The position numbers were made by a program, and so were the translations under genes. Under the pieces are notes generated by a model. That model ran no database searches and was not told where the DNA came from. It saw only the letters and a program-made list of their open reading frames with translations. A DNA stretch of 63,703 nt, counting the filler, from Bigelowiella natans CCMP2755 (taxonomy: Eukaryota; Protista; Cercozoa), in assembly GCA_000320545.1 (NCBI GenBank). It is 6 parts of 6 records of this genome, joined end to end, with 100 filler letters (N's around TTAATTAATTAA, not from the genome) between each part and the next. Parts side by side here need not be neighbours in the genome. Positions count along the whole stretch, not along the records: positions 35,606 to 52,927 come from ADNK01000610.1; positions 53,028 to 61,341 come from ADNK01003521.1; 4 more parts are not named here. One strand, written 5' to 3'. This document shows, in pieces, positions 45,206 through 59,510 of this stretch. Position 1 is the stretch's first letter. Each line of letters begins with the position of its first letter.

Positions 45206-46357
45206 CTACTGAAAGGTAACATCCATCGCGGCGCTGTTTGCACCGGCTGTCGTATGGACGCTCATGTTTCCTCCAAGTGACATTCCCTTCAAAAAAACCA
45301 AAAAAAATCATCATCATTTCTTGGTTAATTAGAAATGATTGCTTTCAAGTTTTTGGAAATTTTATCCTTTAGATGCAGGCATTTGATAACCCTTCACACT
45401 CTAATATTTTTGTGTAATATTTGTATTGATTAAATGTTTTTCTTCCCACCTTTGCCTCATTCTTCAACGATACCGCTGGAAATCTTTGCCTCAATTCATG
45501 AGACACCTGTGGAAACACCATTGCTTTACACCTGCCTCTGTGTGTGTGTGTGTGTGTGTGTGTCAAACGTAAGTAAATAATTATATAACTTTAATATATA
45601 AACATATATATTGAAGTGATAAAGCTCACCGTCCTTGCCGATTTCCTCACTTGCCGAAAATCAGTGCTAACGCGTTCAATGTCCTTCGCGACGCTCTTCG
45701 GAACAGATAAACAAATAACAATGAGGGGTATGCCCGATCAGCTTTAGGAAACGAGCATAAAACTTGCAGGCGTGGAGTTTCATGAGAAATAGACCTCTGT
45801 TTCCTTTTCGAGGCTATCGCCAGGCTTCCTAATAAGAAATACGACCTCAAATCCACACTCTTGAAATGGTGAGCAAATGCCTTCCCAATTTTGTTGAGGG
45901 GGGTGACCTAGAAGTGGGGTATAAAAGATCTAGCTTCGCCTTGGATAATATATCCTGAGGGATGCCATTATAGTGGTAGGTGAAGAGCATAGCTGTGAAT
46001 GAAAGTGTGAGAGCTTAGTAAACCTCAATGTCTTGGATTTTGCTGAGGAGCTCTTTTCGATCACCTTTTTTTTTTAGGGGAAAGGGGGGAAGGGGGAGAT
46101 GAAATAGTAAATCCCTTCAAATATCCTTTGTGTTTCGAATCGATAACAATAGAAGGTACGCAGTGCATCGCCTAGGGTGTAGTGCCTATTCAAAGAGTCA
46201 TCCCTAAAACAGCAAGGGGGGAGGTGATCAAAAGTATGTTTCGTCGTCATCATTATCGCCATACGAACTCGTCGACTAACATTCGTTTGAAGCAGCTATT
46301 TGCCTTCTTATCAAACTGCTCTAGAGCATTGGCGGCCGCCTGCAAGCCTACGTCCAT
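45206..46357 (-). CDS. Small hypothetical coiled-coil protein, multi-exon
   Basis: MDVGLQAAANALEQFDKKANSCFKRMLVDE/DDSLNRHYTLGDAL/DRKELLSKIQDIE/..SVAKDIERVSTDFRQVRK/VSHELRQRFP../GMSLGG..VTFQ* with GT-AG introns. Confidence 0.55.
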
Positions 46358-46615
46358 GACAGAGGTGTGGAGGAACCAGGGGATGAGTCTTGGTGCAATT
46401 AGACTTTATTTTATACGAAGTTATCCCGGTATTATTGTGTTTAACGGAAGATTGTCGCAAGGAGAACATCCGTTCGATGAGGATATTATCAAATCAGATT
46501 ATTGAGATATTTCCGGTATAAATTATTTTCTGTATAGTCCCGAGCAGTCTCGCCCAGCGACGTCTACATCTCGCCTCCAGGTCTGTCTCCTCCCCCCCTT
46601 CGCTCCGTCGCGGCT

Positions 46616-48464
46616 ATGATCAGTCATCACCTACGCCACTCCACGCGAAGAGCATCACTTTACTGCAATGCCCTGGTACAGCCTATATTCTCTCTATCCC
46701 CCCCCCCCGCCCCTTGCTCATTTGCACTCGTCCTTCCCTCGTAAAAAAATTCGGCTTTCGAACATTAGGTGCTCGGGCTCGTGAGCCGTGGCAGCACGTC
46801 TTGTGGACGCACTGGAACGGTTAACAGCAGATGCAGTAGTCATGGTATTTTGCGTCGACAGCTTCACCTCCACCATCACAACCACAGCCCATCTTCGTTC
46901 GGTGCCTCCCACCTCAAGTCTCAGAAAAAGGCTGCTGCCGCACGCTGCAGTGGAATTGTCGGCCTCATAGGCGGCTTGCTATTGCACAGAGGAACAAGCC
47001 AGGACCCTGCTCGCTCCCTACACGGTCAAGCTGCGGCATCTAGTGCAGCATCGCCTTCTTCTTCTGCCCCCGATGGAGCCGCCCCCTTATTCAGCTCAGC
47101 CTTGATTGAAGCGACTGACCTTGAGGCGGCCTTGTCAAGTCCGAATGTCGCGATCGTGGACGCCAGCTGGCATGTGAGATGCTCGTTGACCACTCTACCA
47201 TCCCAACTATATATCACCGTCCCTCTTTGGTGTAAATAATCGTGACTCTGTCCATCCCCCTCCCCAAATGAATTCACCCTTTCGGGAACAGATGCCCGCA
47301 TCAAAGAGGAAGGGGTTCGAGGAGTACCAAAAAGGTGACGGACGACGGCCTTGCATCCAGTCGTGTTGATAGTGCACAGCATAAAATCGTGAATACTGTG
47401 TATGCTTGGGTGGTTTGAACCTCCTCCTCCTCCTCTTCCTCCTCACTAGGCCCGAGGGTGCCCGGAGCCGTCTTCTTCGATATTGACAAAGCGTGTGATA
47501 TGGAAAGGTAGTAGTCAGTATACATGCAGGCATGCCTCCGCACACTCATTATATGTCCCACCCTGTTGCATATCCAGCGACCTACCTCACATGCTTCCTA
47601 GCGCCGAAGGTACGTACTTCTCCCAGAGCAATCAATCTTCTTAAGAGACCGATCTTGAGGGCTCACATCGTATCACCTCAGAGTTCTCGGACTATGTGAC
47701 GAAGCTAGGGATATCCAACAGCGATTCTATCGTCATATACGACACATCGGGCATCTTCTCTGCTCCAAGAGTCTGGTGGATGTTCACCTACTTCGGCCAT
47801 GACAACGTGGTCGGCGCCCCCCCCCCCCACTGAATCACGCGATCCAACCTTCCTGTTTTTTGGGGGAGGACGCAGCGTTTGCATAGACGTGAATATATAA
47901 TATGTTGTGCATACACACGAATGCGTCTCCGCGCTCAGTGTACGCATGCATGTGTTAAGGGGGATGGATTTGTTCTACTACTTTCTTAGCACGTCCTCAA
48001 TGGCGGTCTGCCTGGATGGAGGGCAAAGGGCATGGCCACTGATAATAGCTCAACGTGCAACGAGGCGGGTGGTAAAAGAGGGGCTCCCGACCTACTGCCG
48101 TTCCAGGCAAAGGAGAGAAAAGGTGTGTAGATGATGAAGAGGGGGACAGAGTTTGGCAAGAAGGGGGAGGGGAGGGAGATAATTTCCCCCGTTCATACAG
48201 TAGCTTATGTTCGACACGTGGCTTTTACGAGGTGGTAGGAAGGTAACGGGGAGGGGGGGGGTGGGGGTGGGAAGCCTTTTTCTCCGTATTTGAGAAGACA
48301 CCCGTCCTCAACTACTCTCACAAATGTAACACCGTTCATTCAGAAATGCTGGTCTCGATAGAGCAGCTGCAGAGGATACTGCAGGGTAACACGGAATTAG
48401 CGACGATGAAGCAACACAATGATACCACAACACAAATATATTATCAACACACTCTGCTCAGTAG

Positions 48465-48514
<50 letters not shown>

Positions 48515-48937
48515 GTGTGTGTGTGTTTTTACACGCGGGCATACATTGTTGCAATACGAAATAGTACAAAAGAAACCATTTAAACGGGTCTTAGCACGCG
48601 CATGTGGCGATTGCGATGATGGCTGATGATGACGATGATGATGATGATGATGATAACGACAATGGTTGTGAAATGGTGTTGAAGAAGAAGGTGGCGCTGC
48701 GGCGGTGCTCGATGCTCGATCGAAGGGACGATTCTCTGGAAAGGAGGCTGATCCACGGTTGTTCTCCAACCACCGTATATCCTCAACAATACGGCCAAGC
48801 CTCCTTTTCCTCCTCCGCTCCCCCCCCCCTCCTCCCCTCTCTCCTACTCGTTCTCCTGCTCCGCTGTATGTCTAGCTTGTGATTTTGGACGTTTCTATGC
48901 ATTCATATCTTCATCGTCATCATCATCATCATTATCG

Positions 48938-48970
<33 letters not shown>

Positions 48971-49613
48971 TTGGTGTTGTTGCCACTGCAAATCGTTGCC
49001 TGTAGCGGTGTGAGGCCTGGCCACATGCCGGGGGCGTCGAATGTGCCTTTCGGCGAGCTCCTGGATGGTGATGGGATGATGCTGCCTCCGACCGACCTCA
49101 AAGCTAAGCTGCAACCGGTACGTTTGTGCTGCTTCTAAAAATAACAACAAGAGATAATGATGGGAACTATGCCGATAATAACGGTGATGATGGCTGGTGA
49201 AGTCACACGCTCGCCCCAGCGTACTAGGGGAGGGGGGCAGCGGGGAAAAGCATCCAATGATGTCTAAATGCGAATTGCGAATCACCTTCAGTTCAATCCG
49301 GAGGCGGGGGTGGTAACAACGTGCGGGAGCGGCGTGACCGCTTGCATCATTTCGCTGGCTTTGCACCAAGCTGGTTACAGGTAACTAACCCACAATGTAA
49401 AAATTATGGTCTACGGTCGTCGTCGTCGTTACCGGGTCAAGCTTGCTTGCATCTACCCGAAGTGAAGAATCATGTGGTGTTGCTGGCTGAGAGTGTGTGC
49501 ATATGTGCATGCTTTTGCTTTTGTGAAGGGAGGCTCGCCACCAGAGGGTGTACGATGGCGCTTGGGCTGAATGGGGGGGCGCAGATGATGGATATCCTGT
49601 GGTCAAAGAATAG
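46616..49613 (+). CDS. MPST: 3-mercaptopyruvate sulfurtransferase (double rhodanese) with an N-terminal targeting extension
   Basis: IVDASWH/MP, VPGAVFFDID, LPHMLPS, FSAPRVWWMF..FGH, VLNGGLPGW, LDARSKGRFSG.E.DPR, GHMPGASNVPF, active site CGSGVTAC, YDGAWAEW. Confidence 0.95.
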
Positions 49614-50441
49614 AGCGCGTGGAGATTCATCATCCATGCAGCAGCATTTATCTATCACCGCTAAGCTGAGCGCACGTACATGTCCTTGATGCTATACGTG
49701 CTGAAGTTAAGACTAATAACCCTTATAATTATCAACTAATGGGCATATGCCGAGTAGTAAAACAGGAATTCTATTTTGCTTGCGGTTTCATTGCATTTTG
49801 CTGCAGCGTATGAGGCTATTTGCATTCGCACGGCAAAAATGAGCATTAGCATTTGCGCGTGCTGCACACGGTAGCACGCGATGCCATGGCGCTATAGCAT
49901 GTCATCTCTATGCTAATATATACATATATCATATCTAGATGGCGCCGGCATGAGGCACATGCATATATAACCGAACTAGCAAGCACACACAGATTGCTCA
50001 CGATACCAAGATATGTGTCAGGATGAATATATTTACACGCTACCTTCAGCTGCACGCCTCTAATTTTTATAAGGCATGGCATGCACATTCTACGCGCCAT
50101 CCTAATGGAGAGTTCGCCGTGTGTTTTAGTATTAACAGTTTTGTACATGCTATTATAACGAGTGGTTCAGACTGCTATCTGACCATTTACACTTATTTTT
50201 GCAAGAATCGCCGTTTCGACCAATATCCGTTATATTTACAAATAATTGATATTTCAACGTCATCGGTGGCCGCTGCTGCTACGGTTTTCTTCATAGCTTG
50301 CTGCTTCGAGAAGGTCTTGGCAGCTGGATTCTACTCAGGCCTCGAATCCTCGTCAGAAGAGACACCACACGGCGACGCTAACGACAGGAGCAGCACAGGA
50401 AGAACAAGCAGCAGCAGCAGCAGCAAGCAGCGGCGAAGTAA

Positions 50442-50758
50442 TCAAGCTACAGAATCGAGTATATCATCTTTCCCCGGACCAGAATAAAACAAAATACGTA
50501 CGAATAGAAAGAGAGAGAGAGCTTTTGGAAAAAAAAAAAAGTCAAGGAAAGTGAAAAGTGTTCGACCCAACGGCGCCTCCTTAACGGCGATCTCGACGCT
50601 CCAGTCAAATGCCCCTCTTTTGAGGCGGGGGAGGAAGCACGACGGCGTGTGAGGAATGACACGAAGGCACGGCGCTGATAACGATGGAGATGTGTTTGTA
50701 GGGGTTGATGATGGCGTTAGCGCAACCAGGAGAGTGTCAGCATACATACACAACACAA

Positions 50759-50799
<41 letters not shown>

Positions 50800-51821
50800 A
50801 AGCTTGTAGTAAGAATTAAAGGAGATGGAAGAAAGAGAAAGGCCAGGAAGAGAAAGAGTGAGGGGAAGAGTCAAGACGTTATCTCACCCATCCATTCCTC
50901 GGTGACTCTTGTTGTTGCTGTTGATGCTGCAGCTGTGTCTGGAGAACGGCCTCATCAGCATCCTTCAGCGCCTCCTCCCCCCCCCCCCCAACCTCCGCAT
51001 TCATACAGTCTCGATGTATCACCATCTCAGACGCTGCTGCATCCCTGTTTGAGTCGAGAGCTTCAGCTTCCACTGCTGCTGCTGCTGCTGCCGACGGCGA
51101 TGATAGCTCTTCTCCTACTGTCGTTATCTGTTCTATTGCTACCGTTTCTAACGTCGTTGCTGCCCCACCCTGTGAGGCAGATTGATGAGAGGAAGCATCA
51201 TGAATTTGTTCTTGGTGCTCGACGATCCACCCCCCCCTCTCCGTGAGGAAGAAGTCGTCGTCTGATAGTGGGCTGGTACCACCTAGAGATCTTGGGAGGT
51301 TCTCCGGAGGAATTTCCTCTCGCAATTTCGCTTGGAACTCGTCCACACTCAGTACCTGCTCGTGTGAAGATGTCGCCCTCATCATTCATCCATTCATCCA
51401 TGCATCATCTATCGTTCATGGTCATCATCGTTTCGTTGTAATCGTTGTGACAAGTTTATAAACATAATTTCTCCCGCCTCTACCAGTGCCGCATCGATTG
51501 GGGAGGGGGGGGGGGGGGTTCGAAGGGAACGAAAGGATGCAAACAAACATCTTCTTCTATTTTTGTTTTTTCTGAAAGGATATAGCAGCGGGGGGATGAA
51601 CATTCCTCCCGTGCTGCTACTCTCCATTTCGCAGCTTCTTATCTGATATCTGCTTATCGTGATTCCTCCTCCTCCTCCTCCTCCTCCTCCTCCTCCTCTT
51701 CCTCCCATCATTCACTCACTTGTATCTTGGCCTTGACGGTTTTAGGAATCCATGGCTGCGCGAGCTTCCACACAGTTTCAGGGACACCAGACGGAATCAA
51801 GATGAACCTGATGTGTGTGTG

Positions 51822-51874
<53 letters not shown>

Positions 51875-51935
51875 TTGTGTGTGTGTGTGCTGGAGAGAGA
51901 AGGGGGAGAAGATGGTAGTAAGTGGGATGGAACGA

Positions 51936-51973
<38 letters not shown>

Positions 51974-52321
51974 GAGAGACGAGAGACTTATAGACGGGAT
52001 TCGTTATCTAGTGAGCTCTGTTTGTGAATCAATTCCAATCATCATCGTCGTCATCAGCACCGTCATCAACAATAAGAGCAACAACAGCAACACCCACGTA
52101 TCGCCAACATCGATGCATATATCTGTCACGACACGACGAATATCTTCGTACATTCGGGCTAGAGTGGATGGGTAGTAGTTATAGTCAATAGAGATCGAGT
52201 TCTTTATGTACCCCTAATGTACAACACATTTATACCCATCATCATCGTGATCAATAAATCGCACCACCATAGTATACTTGCTCCTACACTAACACACACA
52301 CAAAGAGACAGAGACAGAGAC

Positions 52322-52367
<46 letters not shown>

Positions 52368-52700
52368 GGGAGGCCAGCTCTCACAACAGTGATTACCTGA
52401 ATAAACGGGTGGGTGAATTGTTTCCATGAAATCCCACGAAGATCCATCACCGCTGTGATTCCTGCAGCACACGACGACACCACCAACAGTACCAGCAACG
52501 GCAGCAGAGGCAGCATCAGCATTTTGGTCTTTGGCGTGTGCGTGTTGCGTGTATGCGTAAACCGGTATGCGTATGTGTGTATGTTTATGTGTGTTGTGCC
52601 AAGGATTCGCACATCATGAACACGTCCATGTCAACAGCATGCGGATGGTTCGGTTCAATGAGTGTGCGCGTCGAGAAAATGAGGGAGAGGGAGAGGGAGA
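50442..52700 (-). CDS. CRAL-TRIO (Sec14-like) lipid-binding protein, partial
   Basis: GITAVMDLRGISWKQF, VWKLAQPWIPKTVKAKIQ and LREEIPPENLPRSLGGT are typical CRAL-TRIO segments. Ends are approximate. Confidence 0.8.
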
Positions 52701-52853
52701 GGGAGAGGGAGAGGGGGGGGGCTGCAAGGTCGAAACTACTGATTCTCCTTGTGTAATAGCTACCAGTTATGGACGCATTCAGATTCCGCTGACACCACGG
52801 TATAATCACACTTGCCTACGATGCAGCACACCAACTACAGCATTACGGATAAG

Positions 52854-52899
<46 letters not shown>

Positions 52900-52927
52900 T
52901 CTTTCGTCTCCCTTCCCTCCGTATGTA

Positions 52928-53027
52928 NNNNNNNNNNNNNNNNNNNNNNNNNNNNNNNNNNNNNNNNNNNNTTAATTAATTAANNNNNNNNNNNNNNNNN
53001 NNNNNNNNNNNNNNNNNNNNNNNNNNN
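52928..53027. other. Artificial contig linker
   Basis: N44-TTAATTAATTAA-N44. Confidence 0.97.
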
Positions 53028-53089
53028 CGAGAGCGATGCCGGCGCCTCATTGCTGACTCACTCTTATGTGTTTTCAACAACAAAAACAG

Positions 53090-53582
53090 ATAATCCAGGA
53101 ACGCAAGGCGTCAGCCATAGCACTCACAGCTGCTGGTCCCCCCCCATCAGCCTCCTCACCCTCGAAATCTGACATCCCCATCAAGGTATCGTCGCCTTAG
53201 AAGAGAAGGTATAATGAGGCACTTCTCCCTTAAAATTTTTTTTCCCCCCCCCCCCCCCCCTCCCCCCTCCCCTCTCTGCTTGTCGCCGGCCCTCCCAGGT
53301 GACTCCGAGCATCTCGAAGCTGGATTTTAATACGACGAAATTCAACGAGAAGGTGGCGCTTTTGTCTGTTTTCATGCGTTGCTCGGGTGCTTGCTTGCAT
53401 GTGCGCGCGTATGCAGAGGCGGGTGATGCGCCGCGAGGGGCGTCTGCGAGGTAGTCCTTTGAAGCCACTGTCGCTGGTTGTAGGTGCTGCTGACGGCCTG
53501 GCATCCTAAGGAGCACGTCGTGGCGGTGTCGGGCATGACTCGTCTTGACGTGTACCAGAAGAAGAAGATCCTGGCCTCGTGA
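53090..53582 (+). CDS. PP2A B55/CDC55-like WD40 regulatory subunit, last exons
   Basis: LDFNTTKFNEK/VLLTAWHPKEHVVAVSG resembles the B55 C-terminus (DF.KKILH.AWHP.E..IAVA). Confidence 0.7.
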
Positions 53583-54890
53583 TTCATGCACCCAGCGGAC
53601 AACGATGATGATGATGATTAAGATATAGATATAAATATAGATTACAGCTAATGCGGCGACGACCAAGAAGCACCCGTCAATTCATTCTCTCAGCACAACC
53701 CAACGCGTCCTCCTCCTATTCTTCCCACTACTCCTCCTTCTCCCACGAAGAGGGGGTTGGGGGGTGTCAGTCGTGGATAGATGCTGCAAACGCACCAATA
53801 CGATGACAGAACAAATGAAGGCTGCCCTGCCACGTGGGCGGGCTCACATTCTCGCGCGTGCAGAAACGGCCAAATCATTTTAAGGAGGTGTAAGTCATTA
53901 GTGGGAACAATAGTCTTGTGTCAATAGTGATACCCTGCATACATCCCCTCCCCCCCTCCTAGCCTCCCCCTCCTCCGCCCCTTCTAGCCATCCGTCGTCA
54001 CAATAACCTCCGTAGATAAACCAATTTAGATTTATTATTATGAATGATTTCATTAGCAGTATTTGCTTTTTTGAATTTATAAGGCAAGCAAGTGCGCATG
54101 ATTTGCATGATCTAGTAGTGATGCATTGATCACTATCGCCTCCACAATAGCTACAAATGCGTACAATGAGCACGTGCACGTGGCTCACATGCCGCCACAG
54201 CAATGCATGACCTTTGTGTACGTGCATGTGTCCATCACACACACCGCAGCTAGACGTACACATGCAAAGGCCTGCCTGCGGCGTGCATGCTAGCATGCGA
54301 CACAGCACATATGCAGCGCTTTGTTTTTGTTGTTGGCACGTCGCTGGCCGGGAATGAGCGTCTTGACAACGCATGAACAACGATTGTTGACAACTGCATG
54401 CATGTGTGGCAATGCTAGAATCGAATGCAACAATGGTCATGTCAATGACAACACCACTCATCAGCTTGTTAGCTGATGTGCTACCCAGCTAGCCAGCTAG
54501 CCAATGACATCATCGCTCAGGCATGTGTGCAGTTTCTGTGCAGCTTGTTCACAGCTTGCCGCGCGCTGCACAATGCACGTCGCGTCCACGTGATCGAGCG
54601 AATTGACACTTCAAAAGACATGCTATGTGGCGGGCTGCATTCAACAACTTGTCATTCGCATCGGACGTACAAACTAGCAAGCGGCCTGCATGCATGGCCC
54701 TGCATCTCCTACTTTGGTTGCTCGATCAGATTGCTGGTTCGCCTCCCACGACAAATCAAAGCTAGCACAACTTACGCACCCGAGGCTGATCTATTTCGCC
54801 CAGAAAAGGTGCATTTATTGCTGCTGAGACGCATAGACGAGCTGCTGAGAATCCGTTCCGCCGGTTAGTAGTAGAGCTTCTTCATGCGCT

Positions 54891-55034
54891 TCAAATACCT
54901 CTCCCCCCTGCGTTATTGTTGGGTTGGGAACGTAGCAGTACATTCTTAGCTCTTGGGGATGATGCGCGACACAGTAGGGCATTAAGCAGGTCCTCGATCA
55001 TGTCTAAATCGGTGTCATCAGTGTTGCCACTGTT

Positions 55035-55073
<39 letters not shown>

Positions 55074-56890
55074 GCACGACGACGCAATGGATCGATCCAT
55101 GCGTATTCATTCAGTTTTGTTGTGGGTGCATGTGTGAGCGAGCAATGCTTCCAGACCTGGATAAAGCCGAATTCTTCTGTCTCTTCGTCTTTTTCTTCTT
55201 CTTCTCCTTCTTCATATTTTCCTCCGCATCATCGATTTCCTCCCCGTCGCCCCTTTCCTCCTGCCCCCCCTCCTCATCGCCGTCGTCGTCGTCGTCGCTC
55301 GGCTGCTCTTCACGCATGCGCTTCATGCGCTTCCTGTGGTTAGTGAACCTAGGACACAAAGACGAGGAGGAGGAGGAGGAGGAGTGAGGGGGGAAAATGA
55401 TCTTGGTAATTGTCCCACAGTTGAATGCGAGTGTGCAAGTAGCCATCATTGAGGAAGGGGGGGGGAGAGTTCGGAAATCGGGATGGAGCATGCAACGGCG
55501 GTGGCTATATGTCATTCAGCACGTCCTTTGCGGACAGAGTTTGTGGTAGGTAGTACCAATGTGAGATCTGCTTACGCGACAAGCCCGTCTCCTTCTCCAG
55601 AGCGTCAAGATCCGCCGTTTTGGGGTACGGACTGCTCGCGTTCTTCGTGTACCACGTCAGCATTGTCTAAGAATGATGGGCGGGCGGATGAGTGGACTTC
55701 TTATTGATGGTCACAAATGATGATGATGATGATGATGATGATAATTCTGATGAAGATAAGAATCACGAGAAGGGAATGAGACATGTGAAGAATAATGGAT
55801 TTGATCATATGTCCGAGAGGATCGGAGAACAGAATCCTCTCTGGAGAAGCCAGGAATACTCTCTCAGAAGGGTGGGTGGTGTTGTCAGGGGAGAGTACCA
55901 CGCGGGCCTTCAACGGCAGCCTCCGTCGCCGCCGCAAATGCATCGGGCACCTCGTCCCGCCCCCCCGCCCTCTCGTGTTGTGCGACATGCTTGCGCTTGG
56001 TCGCCGCGCGTAAGGAGCGCTGGATCTCGATGAAAGACTTCCGGGTCTTTCGAATTTCGTCCTCGTAGACCGTCAATATCCTTTGCAATCAATAGTGGGC
56101 GAACTCAGCGATTGTTGTAGGGTGGGGGATGCACTAAGGCGATCGTTAATGAGGGAGCTCGGAGCCGTATAACTACTTCTCTTACTCGGATATCTTCGTC
56201 TCGGCCATCTCTATCACTTGCTTCAGCTTTCGACTGGGAGAGCAACAGGAGGAGCTTTCATGTTCCTCCTCATCGTAGGAATAGTCTAAGCCAGCTGTGA
56301 TGAAAGTGATGGGACTGCAGCACCGGCTGCTCCCATCGCTCTTCGGCGAGAATCCTGGGTGAGAATGAGCAAAGAGGGCGTGAGCAAAAGGGAGATGGTA
56401 TTCGATGGGGGAGAAGACGGAAAGTTCTCGTTATCGATCATCCTCCATTCACCTAGGTCTGAATCCTCTCGAGAATGGAAACCAACTGCTGGTAGAGTCA
56501 TCGCCTGTCTTTGATGATGGCAGCCCCCTTCCCGCTCTTTGCGCAGGTATCTGTGGATGTTCGCGTTGCGTGGAATTAAAACCGGTGGAGAACAACAGGC
56601 GAAAGTGTTCGGAAGAACAGGTAGTCAAGACTAAGAACAAGCTCATCATCGAGCGAATACACGAGTGGGGCGGGGGGGGAAAGGACTCAATGCACACTCC
56701 AGCCAATTCCCCGCCAATCACATCGATGATAGCAGGAGAAGCAGGCTGCACCACCACCACCACCACCACACCACAAGCTGCACAACCTTTTCAGTTCTGG
56801 GTGGGGAGCGGGGAGCGGTGTCTTTATTCTTCCTGAAGAAAAGGGGAAATATGAGCAAATTAGGCCCGGATTTCTCTCTGCGACATGCCC
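54891..56890 (-). CDS. Hypothetical protein, multi-exon
   Basis: Coding-like segments QRILTVYEDEIRKTRKSFIEIQRSL, RFTNHRKRMKRMREEQPSD and DLDMIEDLLNALL lie between microsatellite introns. No domain recognised. Confidence 0.4.
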
Positions 56891-58881
56891 CCTGGTCGGG
56901 AAACCGCTCCGAACTACCGCTCTAAACTCCTCTCTCCCAGTTTTCGCGGCAAAAAATAGCGAACGGTCGAGGTTTGAGAGGGGGAAACGGCGAGGGTTGC
57001 AAGAGGTTCCGACCCTAAGACAACCGATGTTCACCCTAAGAGGAGGGGAAATGCCAACAATTGCACCGTTATGTTCATTTGAGAACACACTGCTGTACAG
57101 AGCGCGGGAAAAGGACTATCGGAAACTACTACATGTACACACTACAGTGCACTGTCATACTTCAGCAGCGTTCCTCCCTGCGTTCGTTCATGGCGTCATG
57201 GAGGTCTCGCTGCGTTGATGCGCGAGCGCCGCTTCGCTGATCAGCTGTCAACAATCAATCGCACCTGATTTTTCTTGCTGCAGGTACTCAACGCTCTTGT
57301 AGTACGTCACATCATCCATCAAGAATCAGCCATCGGTCAAGGAAGAGAATTGAGGCATCTCAAAGGGATCCCGGATTTTACCGCCGTTGTTACCCGGTAC
57401 GATCCCAGGGCCAAAAATCGTTCGATTGTTCCGTGGTCGCATGACGTTGGCACTCGAGGCCCGTACCAATTCCCGACGAAATTAGCCTCATCTTGGTCAA
57501 TCCCACTCTTTCGATCACGTCTCGAGATAAAAACGTCATGTATTACTGAGTCATCCATTCTACGACTCGCACATCTCGTTTCCGCTTCGCGAGTAAGATC
57601 CAACCAAAATTACTTGGATTTGTACAAAGGGCTAGATATTTATTCGATCGTGAAGGTTTCACAAAAAATGGCCAATGGATTTGCACCATATTCGCATCCT
57701 TGCATCTGCACATGCCGCATCTATGTGCACCTTAACTCTTAGCAATCCCGCGAAGAAGGAATTTAGCATTTCCACTGCAACGGAAAGGGCGTCGGAGCAG
57801 GAAAAAATCCCGGGACTTTGGACCTTTTGCCGCTAATTTGAGGCCGTTCAGGCGATTTCTGGAGAAAATATCTGGGCCCGGTTATTTAACAAAAGCCCAG
57901 CCCGAGCAAAAATAGACCTGAACTTGCTCGTAGAAGGAGGGTTTGAAGAGGAATTTCAACTCACTGCCCTTTCCTTGGCTCCAAGACCAAACTAATATGT
58001 GGCTGATTATGCATTTGCGACAAATGAAAAATGATAAATTATAGTGAAAATCAGCTTCTAAAATTATTGACGCCCATTAACCTCGGCAACTTAGAGCTAG
58101 AAACTCCGAAAGCTTGCCGCCGGCCTGCACGAACGTCAGCCCGCGAAGGTACACTGGTGGCTTGTTAGCGAATCAAAAGTAGCCCGATCCCTTAGTTAGA
58201 ACAGTGGGAGAAAGCATCAGATAGAAAAAATGATGTGTAGTGGACTATGTAGCTCCCCGTACACCTTCTATTGCAGCGAGCGATTTGTTTCAAGTGCTAG
58301 TTAATTTCTGGCCTTAAACTGGAAGCTCGGCCGCACCACGTCCCCACCTGTACCCCCACCTCTTCTGCTTTCCTATAATTCCTTCGTAAAACTGGGGGGG
58401 AGACCTTCGTTATGAAGTCTAATCGCTACTGGACGAGTTGGTTGCGAAATTGATATTTTCCCCCTAAATCCTCAGGCTCGCGGAGAAGTGCACGCTCGGG
58501 ACAGGAAGGAAGAAACCGTTATTGGCTCCTCGTTGGATTGGGAAGTCATCTCGAGTGTATTCCTGGGCGTTTTTTAATTGCCTCATCCACACGCCATGGG
58601 CAAGGTGGTCGAAGCAAAGGGCGGAGCAATGAAGGTACTTCGTGCATGCTGTGGTGTGAGGAACGTGCATAGGCCCCGGGGCACATGACTGCCCTCTCCT
58701 CTTTAACCCCAATTCACTTGCTAAATCCGAATTTGCGTATGCCATTCCTCGCCCGCTGTTGCCTCTTTCCACCACACCACCACGCCATCGCTTCCGAGTT
58801 TCTTATGCCACGCACTATTTGTCGCCCTGTATATAACCCTAGCACCAGAATGAAGAGGCGAGGGTCAAGGCCAAGGCCGAA

Positions 58882-59471
58882 ATGGATGTAGTGAACGAGG
58901 CTGTCGGTAGAGCCTCCCCCAAGGAAGGGGCGGCACGGGAGGGGAAATCCCCCACAACGGCGGCTCGCGGTCAAGCAAAGAAGAGGAAAGCTGCAAACGG
59001 GGGGGGGCGACCCGTAGCTAAGAAAACACGGCACGAGGCGCCGGCAGCGACGAGTAGAAGGATACAAAGCTCGAGTGCCACGCCGGTTGCGGGAAAACGC
59101 ACGACGGCGTCGACGAAGAGGAAGGTGCAGACAGAACGGCAACGCCAGAGGCAGATCTGCTACAAGATCCTGGAGAGGAAGGAGAACAAGAAGGCGAAGG
59201 CCTCCATTGTCTGCCTCGCTAAGTTTGGGCGATATTGGAAAGACGACTCGCCCGAGGGAGCTAAGGTAACAACGAGTCATTGATCGTCGCTGCTACAACG
59301 TCACGTGTTGCCGTCAATCCCCTGTTATCTCACCCCCTGCCCGATTTTCACCCATTTTCCCTCTGCGTTCCTCCTCGTTATACGTGCACGCCGCAGGCTC
59401 GGAAGCTAGTGTTTAATATAGCTTCGTGGGTCCGGAATCAGGAGAATTCGGAGCTGATCCCTCGTTTCCTG

Positions 59472-59510
<39 letters not shown>

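Noticed and set aside
45206-46357. Ska2/kinetochore assignment for the small coiled-coil protein
   Set aside because: The resemblance is only in size and helical character, with no diagnostic motif.
57275-57742. 155-aa ORF as a gene or transposase
   Set aside because: It has a non-ATG start, no recognisable motif and no supporting exon chain.
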